Part shown: piece by piece, positions 1-13,880 of the stretch | Layout of the letters: each line of letters starts with the position of its first letter | How positions within the stretch are numbered: the first letter of the stretch is position 1 | From: Octopus bimaculoides | Lineage: Eukaryota | Length of the DNA stretch: 64,000 nt | Assembly (NCBI RefSeq): GCF_001194135.2 | Contig: NC_068988.1 | Coordinates: forward strand, 4,839,962-4,903,961 | Direction: 5' to 3' | The notes under the pieces: generated by a model | Database searches by the model: none | What the model was told of the DNA's origin: nothing | What the model saw: only the letters and a program-made list of their open reading frames with translations | Translations under genes and position numbers: made by a program

Positions 1-983
1 GGCACTTACTAAGAACGAGAATCAGAATTAAGAGTTCGCAAAAAGATAAAAGAAGATTATAACTAGCCTTATATGTCATATAACAGTGAATTCAAATTTT
101 TATGAAATCTTTGACGGAAGATTTATTATAAGTTTACGCTGAAACGGAAGCACAACTATCAAATTAAATATAACGTCACACACACACGTACACATATAAG
201 CTAGTAATTTACACTGTATTTATGTATGTATGTAGAGAGAGTGAGAGACAGACAGACAGACAGAAAATGAAAGAGGCGGAAAAGATTAGGAATGGCGTGA
301 AAATTACACAATAAAACTTTTTAATTCAAACCGAAAACATTAATCTAATTAGTTGACAACAATAAAGCTGAAAAAACGTATTAGTCGTTATGGGAAGACA
401 TGTTAGTGACTTTACACAAATAATCGCCATATTCGGACTGCAAACGTGGAGCATTTTCTCGTACAGCAATATTTAAGGAGATGTTTATTACGTAGAACAG
501 TAGTAACAAGTGCAAAAGCTTGTCTTCTTGCTAACGTCAGTTTTTATACAGATTTCATAGAACTTGTCTTTTGTGAAATGCTGTATTCCAGAGATAAAAA
601 AGAAATCCTTTAGTGAAGTATGTGCATTATATTATTTGAAATCTGTTAAGTGGTTTAAGAAATAGATGTTCAGCGTAAAACAAAATCTCATATATTCTCA
701 AACCTATTCGTTTTCCAAGAATGGCTTCATATAATTTCCGTGAAATAAATGGAACAACTGAAAGTCTTCGATACATGATCTAAAATCACATCTCTGAGAA
801 ATTACATCATTTTCTAAAGGAAATATTTTTTTCTATTTAAATTCCTACCATGCCACCAAGGATATAAAATACTAATGTATTACTGTCTTTCTTGACACAT
901 GTGTGCTTGGTGTGTGTGTGTGCTTATGTATGTGGGTGGATGTGTGAGTGTGTGTTTGTGTGAGAGCATGTATGTGTAAGAGA

Positions 984-984
984 G

Positions 985-1048
<64 letters not shown>
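984..1048. repeat. (AG)n microsatellite
   Basis: Read directly from the sequence. Confidence 0.97.
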
Positions 1049-1052
<4 letters not shown>

Positions 1053-1536
1053 TACATATATAAATAATAATATTGCAGCTCAAATGCCAAATTTCATGTA
1101 GATTTTGGTCGATTAAATGTATTTCACTTAAAAGTCAATATTTCTTTCGTAATCCTATTTTACTGTAAGTTTAATCCTGCCGGATAAAAATCACTGAGTC
1201 ACTAAACTACAAGTGTCTTCTCCAATCTATTGCCTTGTCTTGGATATATCATAGACACATGATCCAAAATTCGGACTTATGGGAAGAAAGTTGGTTGTCC
1301 ATTATAAAGTTACAATATGATAGTGAAGAGTGTTTATATTATTTTTTATATCGATCGAGCTGGCGGTTGAGGCGGGGTTCAAGCATTCGGTAATTGTTAG
1401 TTAGGTTTCATTGAAATAACTTTAGTACCAAATTACTTGGAGATTATGAAAGCAGATATAAAACAATTCTTTTTAGAATGCCACAACAAAATGCAAACGA
1501 TTCTCATATTTTGTATGTTTTAAGTGTTGAACTTAC

Positions 1537-1590
1537 AACGCCTCCGTCCGTAAAAGGATCCTTTTAAAAGATGACGTTTTCGCTGACTCT
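1537..1590 (-). CDS. Candidate small exon (54 nt)
   Basis: Strong acceptor (ctttatcttcttattgttttattgccaattttacag|) and donor |gtaagt; length divisible by 3. Open in phase 1 (xSQRKRHLLKGSFYGRRR) and phase 2. Could be non-coding. Confidence 0.45.
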
Positions 1591-3260
1591 CTGTAAAATT
1601 GGCAATAAAACAATAAGAAGATAAAGAAACAAAACATAGAAACGTAGAAATATTTATTGCGTCAAATAAAAATCTAAAACTGCTTCCGAGCTACGATGTT
1701 GTTTGCAGATTTTTCTTTCCGAAGTAAATGAATTTTTACACTAATTTACTTCCTTTTTACTTCTTCATTTACGACAAAATCACTCTTAGATTAAATTTCT
1801 TTGCCAATCATAGAAATTAAGTAAGTGAATTTAACATATTCGCTATATTTTGTCTTTCAGATGTTACATGTTGGGTTTGTTAGCTCTTTTTTTAAATTGA
1901 ATAATCATTAAATGAAATTAAACTGTGTTATCATAAGCCTAAGATGCGTTGAGAAATGTAATTTGATCTGTAAATGTTGTTATCTCAAAGATTAAACTGA
2001 AAAAAGATATTCTTTGAGAAAGCATTTCAGTGAATTTGAAGCAAAATGAAATGTATCAAGATTTTCCACTGAGGACCAGCTTAAATTTCAAGGGTTTGAT
2101 ACGTTTTCATTGGAGTGTTGCAAACTTCATCGAAGAACGCAAGCTAATCGATTTAAAATAATACAGTGACTTATGTGGTTGAATGTCGTTCTGTTTATCA
2201 ACTGCAAGCCCATAATAATAAAAGATATTCCAGGCATGAGCAGAGCAGATCAGCTATAATATACTCCAGCCACAAGTTTAGTTGTCTTCTCATAGTCTTG
2301 AATGTGAAAGGTTTCACTGAATATTGTGTTAGTCCTTCTAAAAGATGCTAAGATGTGATTTATGTTTATGTCGGATAAGGTTTTTCACTCAACAGTTACA
2401 ACATCAGTCTCATTTCTCTGGGATACTTATGTAAACCTTGGTACGGATAAATCGGCGTGCGTGTGTGTGCTTGTGTGTGCGTGCGCCTATTTCCATCTTT
2501 ATAGGGTCTCCAAACAGTCGGTTTCGGCAAGATTTTTTCAGGAACAGTGGCAGTTACTTTATTTTGGACAGAACGGAAGCAGAAACTGGCAACCTGGGAG
2601 CGGAAGGCAACAAGATGGACAGACAGAGACATCTCGTTGGGGAACAGTGAGGTGAGAGAGGAAGCAAAAAAAACCCACAAAAGAGTGAAAGGAAAGAAGA
2701 ACGAAAGAGACCTGGATCAGAAGATCGTCACAGTAAGTGGAGGAAAACTTTTGAAAATCATTGTTTGCGTCAGAAATAATTAACCTGAGAAAAATAGGTT
2801 CAAATAATAAAAAAAAATGTGGCAAAAAAAACAAGGAGTCAAAACTTTAGACTTCATCAGCTGCCTTGCTACGGACTCTGGTTGTTTCAACACTACTTTC
2901 TGCTCCCACAAAGATAACAGATCTCTTTGTCACCTTTCAGCTTGTCAAACAAGCAGACATCGTATTTTCTGCTTTTGCTTTAAGGACATCGCGCAAGTTT
3001 TCCCCGGAAACTTACAGAACCATACTTTTCAGTTCTTTTCAGTTCATATCGTTTTCATCGTAATTTACTAATATTTTTCTGGAAAAGACATTTTCCCATA
3101 CACTAACAAATAGTATGATACTTAATTTCATCCTAATTGGACTTATACTATCGGTTTCCTTCCCAATTCGTTCTTCTAAACAATGCAACCTTTGTCTATC
3201 CTTGCATTTTCTTGGTCTCCGTCAATATGATTGAAGTTAATATTTCTCACGATATTTTTA

Positions 3261-3450
3261 AAGCAGTGAGCTGGTAGAATTATTATCATGCCGGGCGAAA
3301 TACGTAGCGTCCAAATTTCCGCCGAGGTCGAATTTGCCTTTCAGACAATCTGGGTCCGTAAAATAAGCGCTAGTTGAATACTGAAGTACATTTAATCGAC
3401 TTAGTCCCACCCCCACAACAGCTGCCCTTGTGCAAAAATTTGAAACCATT
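3261..3450 (-). mobile_element. Short interspersed repeat family A copy
   Basis: Reverse complement of the cgacctcggcggaatttgaact..gcattt.gcc...ctaacgattctgccagctc module seen at 9026, 27655, 32080 and 48112. Confidence 0.8.
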
Positions 3451-3663
3451 ATTTCTCTCAATTTTGTGTCAACTAACAACTGTATCATATGGTTTTCGAT
3501 GTCACTGAGTTAGCAATTCTATTTCAAGGTATCGAAACTACCAGAGTCATCAACAAAATAGCTGCTGCACGCTAATTTTTCCTTTTTGATCTTTGCTTAT
3601 TTTCGCTTATTCAGTATTAGGCGTTTTCTTATCTTTGTTGCCCATTCCTTACACACACTCATA

Positions 3664-3702
<39 letters not shown>

Positions 3703-3881
3703 TATTGAGTGCATAAATATATGAACATGAATATATTCGTAGAAAGAGAGCGAGAGAGAGAGCATGAAATGCGGGTTACAATGGTGGTTGAGATGGAAGC
3801 AGGAACAGAGGAAAGTGAGAGTAGAGAAGAATTGAAAATAAAAGCTCATTAGCAGACTTCAATCGAAATATCATGACATAC

Positions 3882-3989
3882 TGAGATGTGTCATTAAACT
3901 GGACATTCTACAATACAATGAGTTCACTGCAACGTTGAAAGCGAAGGATATCACCGCAACAGTAATAACGTCGAAATTCCGATGTAATT
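3882..3989 (-). CDS. Candidate exon with a hydrophobic stretch (possible transmembrane segment)
   Basis: aaatttgcag|AA ... CTCA|gtatgt; 108 nt, open in phase 1-1: (E)LHRNFDVITVAVISFAFNVAVNSLYCRMSSLMTHL. The acceptor is weak and there is no recognisable homology. Confidence 0.25.
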
Positions 3990-4198
3990 CTGCAAATTTC
4001 CTGTTCAATTTGACTGCTTTGAGGCAGATGTGTACGTGTCACATATACACATATCGGCACTCACCACCCACACATATATAAAATATACAAACGTGTGCAT
4101 ATTGACAGATATGTTAATGTGTGTGTGAGTGCGTATAAGTATATGCATATACGTGTGTATATATATATATTGATACATTGTTTGCATGCACATATTTT

Positions 4199-4245
<47 letters not shown>

Positions 4246-4352
4246 TAGATATATGTGTGTGTGTATGTAAACACATTATATATGCATATATACATACATA
4301 TGCACATGCACAACACATATAGACATGCATTATATATATACATACAAACACC

Positions 4353-4928
4353 NNNNNNNNNNNNNNNNNNNNNNNNNNNNNNNNNNNNNNNNNNNNNNNN
4401 NNNNNNNNNNNNNNNNNNNNNNNNNNNNNNNNNNNNNNNNNNNNNNNNNNNNNNNNNNNNNNNNNNNNNNNNNNNNNNNNNNNNNNNNNNNNNNNNNNNN
4501 NNNNNNNNNNNNNNNNNNNNNNNNNNNNNNNNNNNNNNNNNNNNNNNNNNNNNNNNNNNNNNNNNNNNNNNNNNNNNNNNNNNNNNNNNNNNNNNNNNNN
4601 NNNNNNNNNNNNNNNNNNNNNNNNNNNNNNNNNNNNNNNNNNNNNNNNNNNNNNNNNNNNNNNNNNNNNNNNNNNNNNNNNNNNNNNNNNNNNNNNNNNN
4701 NNNNNNNNNNNNNNNNNNNNNNNNNNNNNNNNNNNNNNNNNNNNNNNNNNNNNNNNNNNNNNNNNNNNNNNNNNNNNNNNNNNNNNNNNNNNNNNNNNNN
4801 NNNNNNNNNNNNNNNNNNNNNNNNNNNNNNNNNNNNNNNNNNNNNNNNNNNNNNNNNNNNNNNNNNNNNNNNNNNNNNNNNNNNNNNNNNNNNNNNNNNN
4901 NNNNNNNNNNNNNNNNNNNNNNNNNNNN
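4353..4928. other. Assembly gap (N run)
   Basis: N run flanked by (TA)/(CA) repeats. Other gaps start at about 8520, 15179, 36576, 37781, 40877, 53069, 58217 and 61217. Confidence 0.99.
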
Positions 4929-4991
<63 letters not shown>

Positions 4992-5534
4992 TATATGTAT
5001 AAGTGAAGTATATAGTGTAATGTTAAAATATAAATACATATATATATAGCATATTGTATTATATATCATGATTACTATAGAGGGAAGTTAGAAAGTCCTT
5101 AACAATCTATAGATATTACACTAGTACATGTCAGAATATATAGACATACGAAATACAAAAATATTATATGAGATGAGAGAATAAAATAAAATGGAATAAG
5201 AAAAAACGAAAATATTTGGATGAAATTTCCATAAAGGATTTATAAAGTGAAAAAAGGAAGAAACAGACAAAGATAACAATTTTACACTGTCAATGTAAAA
5301 TATGTAAAATAAAATATGTACCGGATATAAAAAGGAGAGATAAAAGATAAAAAATAAGGATAAGTTAAGGTATTCATAACAAAATCGAATTAAAAATAAT
5401 TTTAAAATAAGTAAAATAAGATAAAGATACCATTGGAAATGATTTTATAAAATAGTTGTAAGATATATTATTACAGACACAGATTTGTGTAGAAGCATAA
5501 CAATTCTAGGAGGTGCATGCAATATACTTAAGGG

Positions 5535-6637
5535 ATTATCTATGACTTCCATCTTTTTACAAGCTTTTTAATCTCATCAATGTAAAACTCTTTTGGTTTC
5601 AAAGCGAAGAACTCTGAAATGTCACTTTCGACCTCCTCCTGGCTTGCGAAAGTTATGTCCCCCAAACTATTCTGTAAACTAAGAAAGAAATGGTAGTCTT
5701 AACGAGCAAGGTCGAGAGAATAAGGTGGATGAGGAATTTTTTCCCAGCCAAGCTCTTCGGTCTTCTGTGATGTGATTTTTGCAGTGTGGGGTCGCGCATT
5801 GTCCTGATGAAACATCACTCCTTTTCGATTCACTAAAGCGGGTCTTTTTTCTTCAAAGTTTGGTTCAAATGCTCTAATTGTTGACAGTAGACTTGAGCAT
5901 TGATTGTTTAATTGATTGGTAACAATTCAAAGTGAATTACTCCTTTGCGATCCCACCAGATAAAGAGAAGATCCTTTTTTCCATGAAGTTCCCTTCTCGG
6001 TTGTGGTTGAGCTTTTTCACTTTTACCAAGCCACTATTTACGACGTTTAACATTTCAATACAAGATCCATTTTTCGTCACCAGTCACAAGACTATCCAAA
6101 AAGGGTTAAATGAGTTCTCGAGAATAGAGAGAAGAGTAGGTGTCAACTCGGGATTTGCGGTTGCTTTCGGACAATTCATGAGACACCTATTTTCCAAGCT
6201 TAGGAACCTTTCCAAGTTGTTAAAGATGACGATGAACAGTTGTATGGTTTCAACTAAGCTTTATTGCCAATTCTTCAACTGATAATGCAGGATTTTCTTC
6301 AAGTAATGCCTCAAGGAGCTTATCATCAAACTCAACTGCTCGTCCTGTTCGATCTTCATCGTCAAAGCTGAAATCTCCACTTCTGAATTTTGCAAACCAT
6401 CTTCTGCAAGTTCTTTATTCAAGCATTCTTTTCCATAAACTGAGTGCATGTTTCGAGTCGCTTCGGCTGCAAAGTTTCCTTTTTTGTACCCATAAAGCAA
6501 ATGTTCTCTGGATACTTTCATGTTAGAAAGGGTTTTAATCAAAGAATTTTTAATTCCATTAGACATTCTAAAATAGCATTAAATTTCATTCAATTTTCAA
6601 AAAGGTAAAATGGGACAGAACATATGGGATGACCTTA
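5535..6637 (-). mobile_element. Decayed mariner transposon
   Basis: Minus-strand frames give HLLYGYKKGNFAAEATRNMHSVYG, LVTGDEKWIL, FHQDNARPH, WEKIPHPPYSLDLAR*DY and KEFYIDEIKKLVKRW. A TIR-like end (taaggtcatcccatatgttctgtccc) lies at about 6612-6637; the other TIR was not found. Confidence 0.9.
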
Positions 6638-6648
6638 TATATACTATA

Positions 6649-6816
6649 CAGTAGTGTCTCGGCTTTCGAACACTTCTGATCATGAATAAATCGTGTGTTA
6701 CATCCCGTCTTTCTCATAATCATTTAATACAGTAGGACCTCGCTTTACGAACAACTCAGATCACGAATAAAGCACGATTTATTCGTGACCAGAGGTGTGT
6801 GGAAACCGAGCTACTA

Positions 6817-6819
<3 letters not shown>
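6649..6819. mobile_element. Tigger/pogo-like fold-back MITE with three TIR-like copies
   Basis: TA|cagtagtgtctcggctttcgaacac..gatcatgaataaa at 6649, TA|cagtaggacctcgctttacgaac..gatcacgaataaa at 6730, and the inverted copy tttattcgtgacc..gaaaccgagctactactg ending at 6819. Confidence 0.7.
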
Positions 6820-6866
<47 letters not shown>

Positions 6867-7919
6867 CATATTTATATACATATATATATATGTATTTCAT
6901 ATTTATATACATATATATATATAAAGAGAGAGACACACACATATGTTCATACATACACACGTGCGAATATGTATTCGTGTGTGTGTGTATGTGTGATATA
7001 CACATCTTTCAGATATATGTTCGTATTGAGAGAGAGCTATGTATATAAAGAAATATTTTTGTGAGTGTTTATGAATATACCGAGAATGAAATAGAGAGAC
7101 AGACAGTCAGGCAAGCAGATAGATAGATAAAGCCAATTATCCATATTTTCTTTATTGTTTCCTTGTTTTCCTGCCAATATATTGGGCTATAGGTTTTCTC
7201 ATAGAGCTGGAGTGTACAATTCTAAACCCGATGTACAAATAATAAGAAAATAAATATGATAGAAAGTCTAACTTTCATTGATATAGAGTGGAACAAAATT
7301 ATATTTGATCGGCTTTGCTATAATTTAAGGGTCAGTTATTGATATCGATTATTCAATAAGTTTCCCATTATCCCCTTTATAATCACAGGCGTCGTTTGAA
7401 AAATAGAAAGTAAAATCCTCATAGAATTTTGATAGGAAGTTATTGCAACATTCTCGTATGTTATTTTCTTATGGAATAATATTTCATGAAACTTTGATTG
7501 CTACTTGAAAGGCCATTGTATTGTATACGTTATTCTCGTACCGGGTTTTATTATCTAAGAAAGGCGAGAGGTTCTGAAATTATAACCACAGAGGATATAT
7601 TAAGTAATCTGGACTGCTTTCAATGTGATAATATCGTCGAAATTAATCGGTAAATGTTTATTCTAATATTGTGTGCAAATGAAAGCTGATTCTCTTCATT
7701 TTCATATAACATAAATCCTCACACGTCACTTTAGCTAGAATAACATCGAGCAAATAAGATACAACTTCTTCATCGAAAATGTACAAAATGGCGCATATTA
7801 CGATCTAAATGCTTTTCCATACTTAATACTGATTAGGAGATTGATGCCACCAGTTGTAAATATTCACCTCAATATAGAACATATTTTTGAAGAATAAGTC
7901 ACGAGACACAGACGTATAT

Positions 7920-7962
<43 letters not shown>

Positions 7963-9025
7963 CATATACATGGAGACAGAGAGAGTGAGAGAGATCAGAA
8001 GATAGATACACATGCACACACGCGTATATATATATATATATATACATATATATACATATACTTACATATATATTTTTACTTACATACATTTGTATCTACA
8101 TATATATGTGTGTGTGTTGAGTGTTACAATTTCTATCTCCTTCCTATCTACACAAGATACACTACATTTGATACAGATAGTAACGAATCGAAAATGCTTC
8201 AGATGTTTTATTCCATTTCGCCATTTCGTAGATAGTTTTTCATAGAATTCTTTAAAATCGGCGAGTTGTGTGTGATAAATAATTTTCATTTCGCATATCG
8301 TATAAATTCAACGATATGCCGTTTAAAAAGAGACACATTTACCATACAATCTGACTCTCAGTCATCCATCTTTATCGCTGATATTTTGTACGGACGGATT
8401 AAAAGAATATCTTCGTCAAACAGCCTAGATATGCCATAACTATTATAGCAATCCTTTTAAGGGAATCTTTTCAAAGCTTACTATTTAATAGCGGAGAATT
8501 CGAGATATATATATATATANNNNNNNNNNNNNNNNNNNNNNNNNNNNNNNNNNNNNNNNNNNNNNNNNNNNNNNNNNNNNNNNNNNNNNNNNNNNNNNNN
8601 NNNNNNNNGATCTTATATATATATATATATTTGAATTACCAATTTGGACTGCTGAACTCGACACGCTTTTTTCATCCTGTCTCTGTTTATTTCCTCATTA
8701 CTTACTGTTGAAGAGCGTAGGCTCGAAACCTAAAAGACATCAAGTACGTGAGCATAAAGCCCATTTATGTAATGCCGGTCGCATTCATCGGCTTTACTCA
8801 GCAAAAATACAATACGAAGAGTATTATGTATACCAGTATGTAAATAAAAATACCAGGGTTAACATAGGAGAGTATAGTAGAGTGAGACGGAAGAGAAAGG
8901 GTAAGGGACAACGAAGTAAGACTATGATGAGATGGAGACGGAGAGATGTTTATCGGCGCCGCACCTCACGTAGAATGTATATCAGTAATAACAAAAATAA
9001 TCCTTCCTACAAAAGGAGCAAGACA

Positions 9026-9205
9026 TGAAATTTTAGGGGAGGGGACTGGTCGATTACATCGACCCCATTGTTTCACTGGTACTTAATTTATCGACCCCGA
9101 AATAATAAAAAGTAGAGTGGACCTCGGCGGAATTTGAACTGAGGAAGTAAACTGATGAAATATCGCTAAGCATTTTGCTTAACGTGCTAACGATTCTACC
9201 AGCTC
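9026..9205 (+). mobile_element. Short interspersed repeat family A copy
   Basis: gtcgattacatcgacccc..actggtacttaatttatcgaccccgaa..gacctcggcggaatttgaact..gattctaccagctc. Confidence 0.87.
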
Positions 9206-9571
9206 AAATAATTGTAGTCTTTCTGGAGTTAAGAAGATTGTCTACCTACTCCGGAAATAGTTGAGTATAGAACTGACCTACCATATGCATATGGGAGGTC
9301 ACTAGCCTGTATGGTCTGGCTAAGTCAAAATGGTTTTTTGTATTCTTCCTTTCTACTTGGAGAGTTTAGATGTAGTTATAAAGACATGCCCTGTTTAAAT
9401 GAAATTTCCTAAAATTTCTATATCTTTGTGCAGCTGAGGATTGCTCTGCATTTTATATTTCATGTAATGTTCACATTGCTTAATTAAATGGAGTCGCATG
9501 AAACGATCGTGTTGTATTAACTTTGGATATCCTTGTTGCTTATTTTGACTTTAAATACATATATGTGTGCG

Positions 9572-9628
<57 letters not shown>

Positions 9629-10376
9629 GTGTGCGTGTGTGTATAGTATTTTCCCAGACTAAAATTCAAAATGGACGTTTATATTTGAATATGCTGAAAC
9701 TGGAAATTTTAAGATTCTATTATCATGTTAGATTGATCGAAAAAGCGTTTACAATTTTATGCATTGATATGAATACATACAAGATGTTAATTAGTCATTA
9801 AGTTTACATTTCAAGAAATAACATCCGTTAATTCTGTACCAGCTGTTCAGTTATTTTAATTAATTGCGGTTTTTAGGAAAAGATTTGATATTTTGATACT
9901 GCATGGATATGAGGACGAACGTTGTTAACCACTTTAACTAAACTCACAGTCTTTTTTCATTGGAGAAGTCATTAATTTAACGAACGACAGAAAACTGTAA
10001 AATATTAGCCAGTGTGTTTGAACGATTACTCATAGTATAGTGAATTATAATCAATAAGATATAAAGTATTACCGATATTGGTCTATGAGAGATAAAAAAA
10101 ATTATAGTTATTATATAACTATATCCCATTGCATATAAAGGAATTAAGAAAAGCAGGAAAACGGATTATAACGCCATTTTGAAATGTAATGCAAGGAAAA
10201 CACATCTAATATATTTTGTAGCAATTAAGGAGGAAATGATGTTTGACTAAATGAGGTATTACATTAAAGCCACTGTTGGCTCTGAATGAAGTAATACACA
10301 ATGAATCGGAATCTTGTTACGCTGTTAGTTCCTTTCAATTCGGCGTCCAGGATTTAGAGATAAATATCTCGTCCAG

Positions 10377-10640
10377 ATGAATAAACGATTGATTGGATCA
10401 TATCTGTCCAATAGGAAAATCGATACCTTTACAAGTATTGCCCCGTCTTCTACTCCTAATTACAATTTTCTTCAATTCATTTCATTTATACTCGAAGATA
10501 CTTCGAAGTATTCTTACAGTTACGATAAGAATAACCAAAATCGACAGATCTTATGCAATTGTCGAAGAGGAGAATCAAGGGTTGAATTTCGTAAAGATAA
10601 TTTGCCCGTGTGGTATAACACCTACGCCTTATAATTATCA
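10377..10640 (+). mobile_element. Possible Penelope-like element remnant
   Basis: The frame reads NFLQFISF..TSKYSYS..NRQILCNCRR, resembling the Penelope RT-to-GIY-YIG linker (KFL.LI..KISYSC..HN.KIL..CNCR). Very diverged. Confidence 0.35.
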
Positions 10641-13039
10641 AGTCACATTAATAAGGAATAATTGTAATTAGCATTCATTTTGAAAAGAATAATGTAAGTC
10701 CTTCACTTGTCAACGGTAAGTAGAAAATATATTATCTTGATTCGTACCTTCAAATCGATTCTTTCATCTGATAAAAAAGAACAACGTCTAAGTTGCAAAA
10801 CAAATGTTACAGTGTTGTTACTAGAAAATCACGTGAAACAACCAGATTAGTTTTCAGAAAATATTTACCGACGCATATACATTCAGTTCTGGATTTCTAC
10901 CATTTCTATCAAATCTAGCAACAACTCACATTTTTGGTAAACATATGTAAAGAAAATAAGTGCAGTTCATTCATATCTTGATTATTTTATGCATCAGCCC
11001 GTACAACGACTTAAAATTGTATCACCAATTATCTCATGAATTATCATTTTAAAGGACATTTTATAAAACTGAAAATAAGGTGAACCAAATAGTTTTATAT
11101 GCATAATATCAAGTTTTATATATAATAGATATATACAATTGTTTTAACTAAATATAACAGCAATAGTTATATATATAAAACATTAGTTGTATCTATTAGT
11201 TTTATATATAACACTGGTTACATGCAATAGTTCTTATAATTAACATCAGCAAGATAAGTATGAAACTATTGTACGTATTGCGTATATGTAAAAATTGGCG
11301 TTACATGGTCACTATGGTAGAGAACAGAATAAAATTTTTGACGGTATTTTGTTATTTCTCTTCACATTCTACCTAAAATCCAAGCCGACCGTTCCTCCGG
11401 AGGCCAATAAATAATACCAGTAATATATTTGATACACGTTCTTCCCACTATATCTGTGCGCTCTAACATTATGATCTGTGACAATGTAAGCAAGCTTAAA
11501 GTATGAGGTAAAGATAACTAATTCTCAGGGACGAAAGAAATTATGTTTAAATGCTGAGTAGTTCTTTACCGCTACATGAGGAATGAATTAGAAGCCATTT
11601 CGGTATTTTGTTGAAAACAGAGCATATAATTCTACGCTCTTGGGTTATCTGGAAATACTCCTTTAGGTAGATCGAAGTCTAGTCCTTTGACGATTGACAC
11701 GTTTATTTAAGACAAAAAGCAAAACCTTAGATGACGATAAATTTCTACGCTTCCAGCTGTTGAATGCAAGAGTTTCTATGTTCATGGTTCAAATTTTACT
11801 AGTGCCTGCTTTAGCCTCCACTGTTCTACAATTAATAAGTTCCATTAATCAACTGAATTCGGTAAATCGACTAAAACCGTTTTCCTTTAAAATACTGTGC
11901 TTAGTCAACTCACTACACTCTCAATTATGACAAACATATTTCTTTTCGTGGCTTTTTGTGAATACTGAGAAGTGTTTTAATGTCACTATAAGCCAGTCGG
12001 TATTTTTTATGGGCATTGTTGTTAATCAAGCATAGTAAACATTAAATATTTACTAAACGTTATCAGCAAATCTAATAAACTATTTTTTTAAAAAAGCTAA
12101 TTAGTTCACTGGGAAATTACAAAGATTTATGACCTTTCAAGATTTTTATATATCATTAGCTGATTTGGTGCACTATTTTTCATATCAATTTTATTGGTTT
12201 GCTATCATTCTTTTCTTGCTCAGATATTTTTATTTGAGTAAACCTAAATAAAAACAAAAAATGAAATGGTATGAATCATGAAGCAAAGAAAAACTCAATT
12301 GTCTTTGCTTCGTTTTCGAAAACATCAGTCGCTATTTCTCTCTCGATTTTGTTAATCACGATAAAAGTAAAAATAATGGACAAAAATATTGGCTTCGTAA
12401 GACTTCAACATTTTTCACTCTTTTTGCAATCATCATTTTAATAATTCCAGCAATAAACCATTTACTTCCCCGATACCTACCCCAATATTACCTACTTGAT
12501 ATTTTAGTATTTTCATTTTTTTTTCTCTACATTCTTTAAATAGTGTAGCATTACTACAAATTGTACAGAAAGTACATTTAAGAATATTTTCTTTTTAAAA
12601 ATGAACTGCTATTACAGGAATTCTTTGTTCCGAGGCTTTGTATTGTTATATTAGCAGATTATGTAATATGACAACCTTTTTTATTTAATCTGAATATCAC
12701 CCTTAATATAAATGGATATTATGTCATTAATATATTAGTACGAGCAGAACTTATACAGTTTGTGGATATATCCATTCTAATGGATGACTCCGTTATCGTT
12801 CACACATCTAAGTAAACCCTCTTTGCGGGATAATTCTACTAATCCATCTTATTCAAGTACAGCCTTCGTAATAGAATGCTCTAATCTAGTTTAATATGCT
12901 CTATCTCTATATACCTGAGAACTAATCCATAAATTTATACGCCGTGGTCTATTGTATAGGGGACAGTGCACATGTTAAATTTTCTTGTTTGATGTTATGA
13001 TTATACACATTTAATTTTGATTATTGTCTTGAAAGACCA

Positions 13040-13880
13040 AAGTAAGGTTCCTTCAACAGATGTATCAGACCTTTTCCTTTCAGAGCCTTTCTCTTGAAGA
13101 CAGAACCGCTAGGGGCCTCAGTGTGACTGTCGACGATAACTTAAGTTGGAGTGTCCACATAATCAAGAAAGTCGACATGGCCAGCAGGGCGTGCTCCTGG
13201 ATCCTCAGGACTTTCCAGTGTAGAGATACTCCAACCATTATCCTTTTTCTACCTTCGCCCGCCCTCACCTTGAATACTGTTGTCCGCTATGGTCTCCCTA
13301 CACGAGTCAGAATATTAAAAAGCTTGAAGCAACCCAGAGATCAATTACAAAGAAAAACTGATAGCATGTCCGGTCTTAATTACTGGGATCCACTCGCTAA
13401 TCTCAAACTGTATTCTCTCTAGCGCCGCCGAGAGCGCTTTATTATTTGTACGATGTGGAAATTGTTCCGACAGTATTGCCCAAATGATATCGGTATCACT
13501 TTTAAAATCCACCCAAGGCTTAGTCCTCGTGCTATGCGTCCTCTGCAGAAGCGTACTCTCAGAACATCACAACACTAAGACAGAACTACCTCTGCTCGAC
13601 TGGACCTGCTCTTTTTAACATCATTCCAAAACATATAAAGGAGGGAAAAGATTTCATAACCTTCAAAAAGTTCCTGAATGAATATCTCCAACAAATTCCA
13701 GATAAACCACCTATACTCGGATATACTGCTGCAAACAACAACTTTTTAATCGAATGGGCGATGGTGCCTAAAAATAACTATACAAAAATACATTACTAAA
13801 TGGCTTTTCCATGTGGTGCTATTAAGTTACCTATAGATTGGGCCAATGTGGTCGAAACCTATCTAAATAACTAAGTATCT
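13040..13880 (+). mobile_element. CR1/L2-group LINE, 3' end of ORF2, 5'-truncated
   Basis: GLSVTVDDNLSWSVHIIKKVDMASRACSWILRTF, then after frameshifts YCCPLWSP, LEATQRSITKK..MSGLNYWD.LANLKLYSL*RRRER, GPALFNIIPK and FKKFLNEYLQQIPDKP. Confidence 0.87.

Noticed and set aside
9570-9640. Alternating purine-pyrimidine tract with a (GC)n core (potential Z-DNA)
   Set aside because: Such tracts are ubiquitous in this window and nothing links this one to a function.
10590-10660. Helitron Rep-like VWYNTYAL*LSSHIN similarity
   Set aside because: Only a few residues match, upstream Helitron motifs are absent, and a Penelope-like reading fits the wider segment better.
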